In this document: piece after piece, positions 12,951 through 24,498 of the stretch
Layout of the letters: the number at the start of each line of letters is the position of its first letter
Position numbering within the stretch: position 1 is the stretch's first letter
Origin: Amoebophrya sp. A120
Taxonomy: Eukaryota; Protista; Dinoflagellata
Direction of reading: 5' to 3'
Length of the DNA stretch: 64,000 bases
Assembly: GCA_905178155.1 (NCBI GenBank)
Contig: CAJINV010000003.1
Coordinates: 9,059,979-9,123,978 of the forward strand
Position numbers and translations under genes: made by a program
The notes under the pieces: generated by a model
Database searches by the model: none
Told to the model about the DNA's origin: nothing
The model's input: the letters and a program-made list of their open reading frames with translations, nothing else

Positions 12951-14323
12951 TGGTAACCAAATGCGTGCGCGAAAATCTAACCAGCGCGAAAGCCTAACCA
13001 GCCGCGCGGCGAAAGCGCGGCCCTGCGGGCCGCGCTTTGGCGCTATTTATTTTTGATTACAGTCCCACTCCTTCGTCTTCAAGCCCCCCGCATGAGAAAC
13101 TGGCCCCCTGGCCAGGAAGGTTTCTGGGTCATCGGTGGCTTCCGGATTTCTATTCAAAGCGTATCGCAGGAGCCTGCGATACGCATTGAATGCAAAGTCC
13201 GGCTATGTGGCAGCGGGGCATCCTTTTTAGCCCCTGCATGACAAACTGGCCCCCTGGCCCGGGAGGTATGTTGCCGGGGGGAGGGCTTGAACGGGGCATC
13301 CTTTCTAGCCCCCTGCATGACAAACTGGCCCCTCGTCCCGAAAGGTATGCGGAAGGCCGAAAACCCGCGAACCCTTCCGGGCCACCAAAATCGGCCATTT
13401 CAGACCCGGGGAAGATGCAGAATTTCTGCCCACAACCCAGAGCAAATGCGGACTTTGTGACATGCCTCCGCCCGCTTCTAGTGCGATTTTTTTTCCCCAA
13501 TCGCGATGGTATGGCGCAAGCGCGCGCCCGCCGGACCGCCCTTGGTGGCCAGTTTCTAAGCCTGCCGGGGGTTCTCGATTTCTTTTAATTTTCGCGTTTT
13601 TTTCTGGTTTCTAAGTGGCCCGGGGGACCTGCACATTTTCACCGACCGCAGCTGACTGGCAGTTTTCAAGCCTGCGGAGGGATTGCGCTTTTGCGCAATT
13701 TTTCATCTTTTTATATTTTCCAAGTGGCCCGGGCGACCTGGACATTTTCACCGCCCCCACCTTGGTGGAAGTTTTGAAGCCTGCGGAGGGATTGCGCTTT
13801 TGCGCAATTTCTCATCTTTTCCCATTTTCCAAGTGGCCCGGGTGATCTGGACAAAATCCGACGATTGCCTCCACCCACGTTATGACGCATTTTTTTGCCA
13901 TTTTTTTCAAACTTTTTCCAGTTACGAAGCGGCCCAAGGCTTCCGGACAGGTCGCGGGCCTGCTGCTCCAACGCAGCTGGCCAGCGGGCGGAGCAAAAAA
14001 TAGTCCGTCTCTTTTTCAGATATCAAGTGGGCTAAACCGCAAAAATACTCTTTTTTCACCTTCTCCCGCTTGGTTTCTGCCGTTTTTGCGACATTTTTGA
14101 CCTCCTGGCCATTTTCCCATCTGGTCCGCTTTTTTTCCCTTCTCCCGCTTCATTTCTGGCCATTTCCCTGACCTTCACGCCTCCCGGCGGTTGCCCTATA
14201 TGGTAACGGCAACTGCCTTCGCGCTGCGTTTGCTAAGCAATATCGCAAGCGCGCAGAGCGCGCGCGCCGGCTTCGTGGGCCGGCGCGCGCTCTGCGCGCG
14301 CGCGCGCACGCATTTGGTTACCA
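12951..14323. mobile_element. 1.37-kb non-coding TIR element (probable non-autonomous DNA transposon)
   Basis: Perfect 21-bp TIR TGGTAACCAAATGCGTGCGCG (12951-12971 / 14303-14323); internal direct repeats; GC-rich hairpins near both ends; no convincing ORF; target-site duplication unclear (GATAT/GATCA). Confidence 0.8.
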
Positions 14324-14661
14324 GATCAGGGGTTTTGATGCAAGTTTTGCATGAGATCATATTCAACATCAACATTTAGTTTTAAATTAGGAACCTAGTA
14401 AAATACATCCTTTGTCGTCGTTTTGTATATTTAGCAACACAAACGCTCGCAGCCACTTTAGTGGAGTTTGGAGATTCTTTATTTAAGGCCAAGCATCGAG
14501 CTTGTGCTTGGCGTAGATCCTCGCGCCCAATCTAAGAGCTACTTTGAAGGGTTTGCGTATTTTTTCCCACGCGGCACACGCCGCGTGGATTGGTTCTTAG
14601 CAACTGCAACACAAACGCTCCGATGTTGTACTTGAGTAGTTCCCTTCTGTGCATCCAAGGC

Positions 14662-15941
14662 TTACAGTGAAGATGAAGCAGAAGATTTTTCGAAATACGA
14701 TAGCGGATCACGCGACTCATGCTGATAGTAGGAATGGTAAAGAACGCCGTAGTCTTCGTACCTCTCTCCATTAGTGGCAATTGGACTGCGCTTCAACACT
14801 TCCCAGTATTTCCGCGCCAGGTTCCGCGCCATCACCTCGTCCACGACAACAAAAAATTGCTCTTCCCTTTTGATGGTTTTCTCCAGGAGAGCTTCCTGGT
14901 CGTGGTCGAACACTCCCGCCGGCACGCACACGGGTCGCAAGACTTGGGCTTGACCGTTCTGGTGGCCGTCACTCCCCCCCCCTCTTTTTTCGCCCCATCG
15001 TCTGCATGATCATCTGCCTGGGATACAACAGTCGCCGAGCGCAAAATACCGGAGATGGAACCAGTTGAACAGAACTCCCGGCCTTTGCTGGTTGCATTTT
15101 TCATATCCTCGTCACCACCATTCTCACCACCGCCCCGTCCTTCCAGTGAGCATGGACAATCCAATTGCCACTGAAGGACCTGCAGGGTGATCTTCGAGGA
15201 TTTCGTCGCTGTCGCTGATGAACTACTGTTGAGATAATGATTGCGCGGAAGAAGGAGCTCTGCGTTAGCGACCCGGAGTTTCTCTGCGAGGGGATTTTTC
15301 TGTCTCACAAAATCGCAGATCTCGTTCTTGCATACGGACGAGGATGTTGTTGTCGCACCAATTACCGCCGACGTGGTCCCGCTTTTTACTGGCGTTCTGA
15401 GCCGAAAACTATGTTCGTACGCCCGTGGCTTGTAGTTCCCCTGATTCAGCCCTTCGTTGCTTGTTCTACTTGCCGTTGCTGTGGCTTCGTCTTCAGGGGA
15501 AAAGTAAGAGGACTGCTCCTCCTCGTCTTGATCGTGCTGCCCTTGGTCGATGTCCATATCTGTTTTAGTATTCGTCTCCTCACCTTGGACAGCACCATAC
15601 TGGTCCACGCCCACCTCCACAGACTGTAGTACGAAACTTTGTGGACGGGCAGAAGTAGGAATCTTCGCAGCGTGGGATCCCTGCTTCTGCCGCCTGCTTG
15701 CAGCCTCTACAAGCAGTGAGCAGCTCTTTACTCTGGCGCCTAAAAAGGGGAGTAGTACGAAGATGCCGCTCATCTTTTGGACGAGAGTCGTGGTGCACAG
15801 CAGGACGAGAGCGATGCAGGAACAAGAGAACGAAGTCGCTCGGTGTTCGTGACGAGGGGCCATCTTTAACGGGCGTGCTCTTCGTCCACAACCCGCTTGA
15901 AGGCTCGCGAGGACCCGGACGGCCGGCATCATCATGTTCAT
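14662..15941 (-). CDS. Hypothetical protein, 5' part, with a hydrophobic N-terminal segment
   Basis: ATG at 15941 lies 40 nt downstream of an SL relic. ORF 14832..16049 appears to continue into ORF 14662..14940 across a G9 run (about 14974-14982), probably a 1-nt homopolymer error. Confidence 0.6.
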
Positions 15942-15981
15942 GGATGCAGAAGCTGATTTTTTCCAGTTCTGGTTCTTTCGC

Positions 15982-16007
15982 CTTGAGTCAAAGAAAATGG
16001 CTACGGA
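15982..16007 (-). other. Dinoflagellate spliced-leader (DinoSL) relic in 5' UTR
   Basis: Minus strand reads TCCGTAGCCATTTT-cttt-GACTCAAG, against DinoSL DCCGTAGCCATTTTGGCTCAAG. Confidence 0.8.
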
Positions 16008-16553
16008 TAAATTAATCCTCGATATTAGCTCCATCTTCACCTCGATCAATTCACGTTTCGGCAGGGCAATACACCGTGGCCATCCACCTCGTCACTTCAT
16101 GCACTGCTTCACTCGCGGGAATCGATGAACACGAACCGAAACAGTAAGTAAAGGGCTTAATAAAGCTCATTCCTCGACATCTTCACCGACCAAAATTCAG
16201 GCTCTCCTCGCTCCTGATGTGAATATCGATTCATTGGTCGATTAAATTTAAAAGGAACGGAACGCATAAGCATAAGGAAGACGAATCCGCGCTCGCTTGC
16301 CTCAAGCACGAGGACGAGCACCTCCTGCTCCTCTGTGGGCGCATTACAACCTGACCACTCACAGCACCCGCCTCGCTTCAACCCAGAAAGAGAGGAGGTT
16401 TCTTTTGAGCAACATAAGCTGTAGGTAAAATCTTTTCTTGCTGTGCGTCAGTCTTGAGGACGTGCATCTTCTCGCGTTGAGGCTGCTGCTGCCATGTTTG
16501 GCTGTGAATCTTGTTGATGAAAACAAAATGAAGATGGAGATGAATAAATTGTA

Positions 16554-18740
16554 TCAATAAGGATCCTCCGGTGGCGCCCTGATGACGCGTTGCTCGATCG
16601 TCTCGAGGACAGAACACCACTCGATACTAGGAATTACTTCAGGTTCAGCTGTATTCTTGTTCTGCGATTCCGCGGAAAATCCTGAGCCGGCGCTTTTCCC
16701 GTCTATGGCAGCCTGTTTAACGACGGATTTTTCCTGCTCGATCATGTTCCGCAGCATCAGGTCAAGTAACGGCAGCTCGGGTTTTCCGTTCGCAAGATTC
16801 CGCTCCGTATCTGCCATCTGCAGCGTCCGCATCAGTCGCAAATCCTTCAGTGCAACCGACAGATCGGCCCCGATTGGCGGCGTACGAAACTCGCGCTTGA
16901 CTAGCTTGCCAGCGTACACGTCGGTAATTGCGCCAGGCAGCACCCCACCCTGCGTGAAATCCAGTAAACGGTCCCGCTCGATGCCAGCCGCGTCCAACAG
17001 ACACAGACATTCGCCGAGTAGCTCGCCCAGCCCATACACGAGAAAATTCGTACAGATTTTGTACTTGGCCGAGGCCTATCAACTGTAAAAATGTCTGGGT
17101 CTGGAAGATTCCGGGATTTGTGATGCATATTTTCCATGAGCCATGATGTCTGTGATGCATGCCGTAGCATCACAGATTTTTAGAGGGCTTTGTGATACCT
17201 CTACCGCATGAGAAATGCCCTCTCCGCGTAACACAAACTGGATTCCTGTTATTGGTTATGCAATACAGATTTCTTTGGAGGAATCCAAAGAGAGCATGAC
17301 AAGTTGCAATCTTCCAGACCCAGACATTTTTGCAATCCATAAGGCCGTCGCGTCCAAATCCGACACTACTCGGCTGAGCCGCGAAAAGCAGGGCGCGACC
17401 TTCTCCCGGACGTACGCAGCCGCGTCTGGTTCTTCGGACGAGATCCAGGAACAGAGCAGCCGTTTTGCAGCGTGCTCGGGCCGCCCGGTCACTGAACAGT
17501 TCACAAATTGTGCGTCCTTTGCCTTGGCGGTCCGGGACGTGATGCGCGCCACTGTCTCCGGTGAGACGGTTGCACAGTTGATAAGCAGCATGCTCACCAG
17601 CCTTTTTCTTCCTTCTTGCTCTGCTACTGCTGCTGCACCTACTCCTGGCGAAGCGGATGTTGACGAACTGCTTTTATTTGCGTTGTGTGCGTGATCGGCA
17701 GCGAGAGCGACATCATCATCTCCTGGGCTTCTACTATAATCCGCAGAACATAAATTCTCTACTTGATGTTCGGCGACCTTATCTGACCCGTCGTTCTCTT
17801 GTTGACTTCCGGTATAATTACGCTCAGAAGCAATTGATGAAGACGCTGCTCGATTTAAGCTTATTGCGTAGTCCTCGTCCTGCTCCTGCTCCTGCTTCAT
17901 TAAGGCATGCACCATCTTTGTTCGCCCATAATCATCCCAATTGTCGAGGGCACGGAACATCAACTCCTGCGTAGCTCCGTCTCCATGTAACATGAAGACA
18001 ACAACCTGGCACGCTCCGATGAGCTCGTCAAGCGTTTCGTGCGCAAAAATCCGGACGCGTCGGGACACTCGAGGTTCGCGGGATTATCAGAAGAAAAAAG
18101 TGTTACAGTTTTGACACACTTGCTGTCCGCCATCAGCAACACGGATTTTTTCTGCATATATAGAGAAAACTTTAAATGCAGAGATCATGAGGGAACTCAC
18201 GGATGAAACTAGGCTCCTTAGTCTATCCGGCATAAGAGACCTCGTTTGTCTTGCCTAATCTGCAATACCATGTGTAGCTGTAAACACTTTTTTCCTTGCA
18301 TAGGGATGCCAATTGGTCCAATAACTGCTTCAACTCCTGCGTCTTCGCACCGGTGCGGTTGTACAGGTGGACCTCCCTGAATGTGCCGTGCTCGAAGTAT
18401 CAAGTGTAAAAACGTCCCCACCCCAGAGTTGTGATGCAGATTTGCAATAACAGGAACATTTGTAATGCGCATCTCCATGAGAGGCGTTTCTAGTCGTGTT
18501 TTGGGATTTGTAATGCTGTAACCAGGATAAGCAGATGGATTTGTGATGCGCTTTTCCTTGCTAACCTGCACTACACTACGGACTGCAACTTGTGATGCGT
18601 GAGTCCCAAAACTTCTAGGTTTGTGTTGCAAAATCCCCAGGTTGACTCTGGGGTGGGGATGTTTTTACACAGGATACGAAGAGATTGCGGGCCATAGCAG
18701 AGCCCATCGCACCAAGACCCACAAACCCCAGGCTTGTCAT
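16554..18740 (-). CDS. NAD(P)-dependent beta-hydroxyacid dehydrogenase (3-hydroxyisobutyrate dehydrogenase / 6PGDH-like family), 4 exons
   Basis: After removing three introners: MTSLGFVGLGAMGSAMARNL...YNRT...LINCATVSP...CSVTGRP...AKYKICTN...ALKDLRL. These give the Rossmann GxGxMG, the catalytic Lys/Asn and the KDL motif. Confidence 0.92.
17077..17341. mobile_element. Introner, TIR family A (opposite orientation to 621-877)
   Basis: TATCAACTGTAAAAATGTCTGGGTCTGGAA ... TTCCAGACCCAGACATTTTTGCAATCCATA; perfect repeat AGGCC; removal gives DATA-SAKYKICTN. Confidence 0.95.
18085..18302. mobile_element. Introner with its own TIR type
   Basis: TATCAGAAGAAAAAAGTGTTACAG ... CTGTAAACACTTTTTTCCTTGCATA; perfect repeat GGGAT; removal gives DQLAS-REPRVSRRV. 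Confidence 0.9.
18398..18676. mobile_element. Introner, TIR family B
   Basis: TATCAAGTGTAAAAACGTCCCCACCCCAGAGT ... ACTCTGGGGTGGGGATGTTTTTACACAGGATA; perfect repeat CGAAG; removal gives MARNLF-EHGTFREVHLYNRT. Confidence 0.95.
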
Positions 18741-19444
18741 CCTTCCAGTTTATCGAAAAGTAGATCAAACTAAAAAAATCCAAACGCGAGCAGGGCACAG
18801 TGATTATATCTGGATCTGATTCTGAAGTGGGGACTCACTTAATTGCAACGACCACGGTGATGGTTCTCGCGCTCGAAGAAGTTGTTGGGCGTTACTAAGA
18901 TCCAGTCTCGGGGGGGGATGGGCGGCGCCAGCTTGACTGCTTTTCACAGAAGAAACCAAGGGAGGCGGAGCGGGTCACCTAACTCCTACGCCCTCACCCG
19001 GGTCGGGGGGGCTTTTCGATTCCAGATGTTGGAGCCCCCCCGAACCAAAAAGCCAAAGCGTTAAGGCGGCCCGCAAATAGCACACTGACAATTTTTTCGG
19101 AGCGGAGGGGCATGAAGATATTCCCTTGCTGGCTTGGTGCTGTCATACGTCACAAACCACCCCGGCCTCGGAGCTCCTGCTCGGCCGGGTTGCTCGATGA
19201 AAATGCGCATAAATCTTGTTGTATACAGATCTGGCCGTCACGGGTGCAAGGAACACTTAACGCAGTCGGCGCCGACGCTGAGCTGCTGGCGTCGTAAAGC
19301 CTGTGCGTCACGGACACTGTGGCGCTCTCACTTGATATGAGATGATCTTCGCAGCATTGCGATATAGTAAGTAAGTAAGTAATAAATGAAAATGCGCGTC
19401 GTCTTCCTTGTTCCGATCGAATAAATACAAATAGCTGCGTCGTT

Positions 19445-22020
19445 TCATCTGGGAGGTTCTTCATTCGGTATTTCATCTTCTGCATCTTCTGCTGACAACG
19501 AGGTCAGAGTTGCTTGTGATCTCGATGCTCCTGTCCGAGCTCGTTCAATCCCTGAAAGGTACTCTTTTGCATGGGAAGCTAGCAAGGTATGCACATCGGT
19601 TTGACTGATGGCGTAAAGGAGCGCCTCCGCCGCCCTGTTTGGCGTGACCGAGGACCCAATCGCCGACGCTAAGGCGGAGACTTCCTCCTCTGCGCGGCGG
19701 CCGAACGGGCCCTGGCCTTCGGCCTCGTCCGTGGATTGTTCTAGAGACCACCAGTGGGATTCGTCCTCGTCCAGTTCTTCGCTTGTTACGCCTACCCCGC
19801 GTGCAGCTGCGGGGGGAGCGCCCTCCTCGAACCTACACGTGGTAGAGAAATCACATTCAGATGTTGAAAGCATCTCCTCGTCGCGGAGATTCGATGTACA
19901 TGTAGTTTGAAGATCCCCTCGCTGAAAAAATTGTTGCCGCAACTCTTGGAGGGGCTGGTCATACCGTGTTGCAACAGAGCCGACGAGGCACCGCGAAATT
20001 TGTTCCCCCAGTTGCGCGTCTGCATCGCTCTGGTGCTGCAGCCATTGATTGATGCTGACGCAATTCGGGGAGAGCGCTACTGTGGAGTGCCACCAACGGT
20101 GCGGCACAAATAGCAAGTCGCCTGGTTCTAGCGTAGCCATGTAAGCATTTGGAGTTTCAGCACCGCGGCAAGCGTTATTTGCCGCACTCACGTACTCCTC
20201 AAAGCAGTTTCCAGACCGGGGGTGAGCAAATACAGTACTTTCCTCGAAAGGCAGTCGCGTTTCGAACACGTTTTTACATGAAGATCTGAGCACAGAACAT
20301 GTTCCACCCAGAGCCGTGCTGCTCCTCCTCTTCTTGCTCCCGACGGCGACAGGGGGCAAGAGGAGCCACTTCTTCTGACCACAAACCTGCAGCACAAAGT
20401 TCACACCGTAAATGTCCTGACGTATGAGAGGACACAGTGATCATACTTACTTAGTTGTCTGCGGTCTTTTCAAAAAAGCGCATTCAATATGCGCATAGTT
20501 ATATCGAAAAGCAGGGACCGGCAAAACAGCTGCGCGACCTGTTCAACTTAGCTTGTTATCATTGACGTTGAAGTAGATATTACGTGTACAACAACCATAT
20601 CGATATCATATTCATGCTGCACACTATCATCTAAGTAATACACGACTACAAAAAAAGATGAGCATGAACTAGGATGGCACTCTTCTCCTTTCATACGATG
20701 CAGACGCGTACTGCTGCCACGATCCCCGCACCACAGGACCGGCAACGATTCAGGAGCCGGAACCTTCGTGAGAGCGGCCGCTTCTCGCTGGGCAAAAATA
20801 TGCTTGAATAAGCTCAACTGAAAATCTTGAAGGCGGTTTCTGAGCGTACTATCCCTCCGGGCGGTCGTCCTCGTCGCATCACCCTCCAAGCACGTCTCGA
20901 GGTGGACGTAGTCCATATATGAAAACGATACCACCGGAGCAGTATCAGGATCCCTCTCGCGGTTGTTCCCATTGGCAATCTTATCTGGATCACCTCCGTC
21001 CGATGCGCCGATCTCCTGGTCAGTTGCGACGCTCGCGCCGTCTACTTCATCGTGATAAGGCATACCCCGTTCTGGAAGTCCCAATTTTTCATCATCGCAA
21101 CTGCAACATCGGCTGGAGTCTGAGACATGTCGTGTTCGATTATCGCATGTAGTTGTAGCCCCCGCCGCGTAGGTTGTAGAGCTGACAACAGTGGCACCAT
21201 GTTGAGAATCCAACTTCATCATCAACTTTCGGCTTCTAGTAGAGTCATGCAACAAGCTGCTGCCCAAGTAGCTTTTCACCTTTACCTTCGAACGCTTATC
21301 GCACATATGCTCCCATGGCTGATATTGACGCCAGGAGAAACACATGTCGTGAGGTCGCACGCAATTATGCGCCTCATTCCGTCGTGGCCCCTCAGCATTT
21401 TTGCCTTCGCAGGCAAGAGCACCGCCAGCGCCCGGGTGCGGACACTTAGTTCCTCCTCGTCCGGGATCATCGGGAGCTAGCGCTAAACCTATAATTTGTT
21501 CCCGTGTGACCGGGGCGGAGACCGTCCTACGTGAGCGCGGCGTGTCGGCAAATTGTCCCGCATCCGTTTCCGTTGCGTGACGACGGCGGTCCATGTCGCA
21601 CGCTTCGCTGGAACATCCTTCTCTCCTCTGGCGCTTTCGGCATGGTCCGCTATTGCTTTCATGTTGATGATCTTCTTCTTGTCGAGTGCTTTTTGGTTTT
21701 TCACACGTAGGCGCGCAACTGCTGCACCTTGTGACAGAATCAGAAATACAACCTCTTGGAGCATTATTATGTTGGTAGCCTGCTTCTTTATTTCTCAACA
21801 TCTTATCATCGTTTCTTACAACGTTCGAACTCCACTTTCGACAGGAGGCTTCTGCGTCCGCAGGGAGCAACGCATGGAGAGCCCACGCAGCTGACTCTGG
21901 GTCGCGTCGATATCCACGAATCACAAAAGGAGTTGCAGCATCAGCGAGCCCCGAATCTTCCTGGCCACCCCCGGCTTCTTGCGTCCATTTCCGAGAGGGG
22001 ACATCGATCACACTCATCAT
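19445..22020 (-). CDS. JmjC-domain (cupin_8) 2-oxoglutarate/Fe(II) oxygenase, HSPBAP1-like
   Basis: LWCGDRGSSTRLH-x-DIYGVNFVLQVCGQKKWLLLPP, TRLPFEESTVF, LEPGDLLFVPHRWWHSTVAL. The HxD motif is split by element 20423-20695. Confidence 0.88.
20423..20695. mobile_element. Old introner inside the JmjC HxD codons
   Basis: Short IR TATGAGAGG / CCTTTCATA; flanks TGACG/CGATG match 3 of 5; removing the element plus 5 bp restores His-x-Asp in frame. Confidence 0.8.
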
Positions 22021-22873
22021 GGTCAACATACACAGGAGAAGCAGGGGATAGAATCGAAATGGCGCGATGTGGTCCAGCTACTTGCTGTCGCATTACATCT
22101 TTCTAGACACTGTGATCACTTGAAAAATCCGAAAGGGAACGGGAAGTCTAAGTTCGAGCATTTCACTTCGTCGACCCAGTACACTTTTCATTTCCGGCAG
22201 GAGTGCTCCTGGTGAAGTACGCAGGGAGGCACACGACCAACGCAAGCCTGAAGCTGAACGTAAATAATGATCTAAAAAACAGTTGTACCCAAATCACAAA
22301 AAGGACGCTGAAACAACCACAATGTGAAGGCTATTATAGATGTAGTTGTTCTGAGTGAGGTGTGAGGCATACAAAACTAACAAGTCGATATGTTTCACCC
22401 AAATAAGTATAATATCATGATCGGGGCGGCTTAACCCGGCAGCTTGAATTCCTCATCACAAAAAAAAAACCACAACCATGAGTAAAGCCAAGGATGAAGA
22501 GATCGACCTCTAGCTTCTCCTCTCCATGTATCTACCTATGCCATGATTGTTTTCGTTGAAGATACCGATCGCACGACAACGCAAGAACTGAGAGCTTTAG
22601 AATCTAAATGCAACTACGCGTGGGGGGTCTGGATTTATGATCATGTGCTCTGCTATCGTAGGATCGAATTGCCTGTTTTGGAGATCCTATAGTCTTTCTA
22701 GTAAGAGCTTCTGATCTCGGCCTTGCCCTCCATCCTGGCTCCCACTGACTATCCGGTCGCGGCGTTGTTACGCCACACATTGAAGAGGGAGCTTGCTCGG
22801 AGGCGTGATCGTCAAATTAAAAGTGGATCCTCGACCACATTGACAATTAGCAACTCTGGTGGTGGTGGTGGTA

Positions 22874-22979
22874 TTAGGTGGTGATTGGCGTTGCCTCTTA
22901 CCTCAACCCTCGATAGACTCTGGGATGGGATGGGAGTTAGGTGGTGATTGGCGTTGCCTCTTACTCAATTCCTCGATAG
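22874..22979. repeat. Two-copy direct repeat of about 43 bp (period 63)
   Basis: TTAGGTGGTGATTGGCGTTGCCTCTTAC...CCTCGATAG at 22874-22916 and 22937-22979. Confidence 0.85.
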
Positions 22980-24498
22980 CCCACAATACAACTCTGCTTC
23001 GCTATTTTTCAAAACGCCCACAATACAACCTAAGTGTGAACATCTCGCTACAGCTTTCACGAAGTGTCACCCCGTGAACAACTCCGAAACGGGCGGCGTA
23101 CTCCAAAACTTTCTTTGATGGCGGACAGACAAAGCAAGGTGGACAAGACAAGAGTGGTCAAAATCAAAATGAATCTGCGTAAAAATCATACAATAAACAA
23201 GGTAAGAAAGGGAAACGCTGGTGCTAGTGCGCGACATCAGACTCCTCGATATTAACTGAATATTTAGATTTACTCTTATTCTCCATTTCATTAGGTAGTC
23301 CATAATCTTCGTGTCGTTAGAGTTCTTGTTCTTCATAGTAGTTATCGTTTCTATAGTTCTTTCGTAGCTCTTGAATTGTACTTGTAGCTGAAAAAGGTAA
23401 AAGAAGAAAATGCACATCTACATAAGCGTCGTGTAAACGAAAACTACAGGCAGGAGAAACTGGAGAGAGCACCGCAGCACCCGAGAGGCTGTGCAGCAAC
23501 GCTGCAGATGCAGTGCTAGCGCTTTGTAAAAAACGAGAAGTCGATTTCTACATCGTCGCGGCTCTCACCCGAGTGCGGGTGCTGCTCGACGCTCAAGCTA
23601 TCATTGAAGATCATGTATTCAATATGACATAGTTATCGTAATAGAGATACGCAGCCATGTTGTAACTCGAACTCCCTGACATGGTAGCTGTATGCAAACA
23701 CTCTCGTCTTCATCTTGTATACAAACTATGACATATCATAACAATGACCATACACATCTTTATTTAGCGCAGGAAGGGCCGCTTAGTGATAGAGTGTTCA
23801 GTATAACCTAAAGCAATCCTTCCTCTTCATTTACCAAAAATGCGTCAAAAAGAAATGCTGATGCTTGTGCTTCTCCTTTGTTTTTTTCTTCAGTAGGGAC
23901 ACTAGTCAACACAATCAGGCCATAAGGAGCTTGCGCCTCGAGGCGCTGCGCTGTCCTTTTAATATTTCTGCCTAACCGTGAGAGTCACTCGGCGTCGACT
24001 GCGACACCTAGAGTGATCCTATATTGCCCGTGTTTGCGAATACGATGTAATAGAAGTGCAAGTAGTTGGAGATATTTATAACCTGAACAGAAGCAACAGC
24101 AAGGATGAATACAAAGGGAAAAGTTTTAAGGTCAAACTACAGTTGATGTGAAAAGACATAATACATTGGGGGTAAAAATCAAGTAGAAAGATGACAAACA
24201 AGGGCGTTAGGTTGTAAAAATGAAAGCGAATAAAAAGAAGCTCAAGAAGTAAAAGTGAAGGATCGATATTATCGGCCGGTTCAGTGATAAGATGCACAAT
24301 CAGAACAAATCTAACTGCAAATCGGAATGGTAGTAAAAGTAAATAATTGTACATTTACTGGTCCGGGAGGACGAAATTAGTCCCGGGGGGCTGTGAGCGA
24401 TGTGACCCAGTCGACACGGACAACGGCATGAACGACGACGCAACAAGAAGTACAACCTGCTATACGAATGCGATACGAATGTGCACAAATTGTAATTG

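Noticed and set aside
13053-14100. ORFs inside the 1.37-kb element as a transposase
   Set aside because: Short, homopolymer-driven (F/K/P/G-rich), with no DDE or tyrosine-recombinase motif.
23860-24050. Stop-codon reassignment (a single TGA in an otherwise open frame)
   Set aside because: Long ORFs elsewhere are free of internal stops under the standard code; one case in non-conserved sequence is expected by chance.
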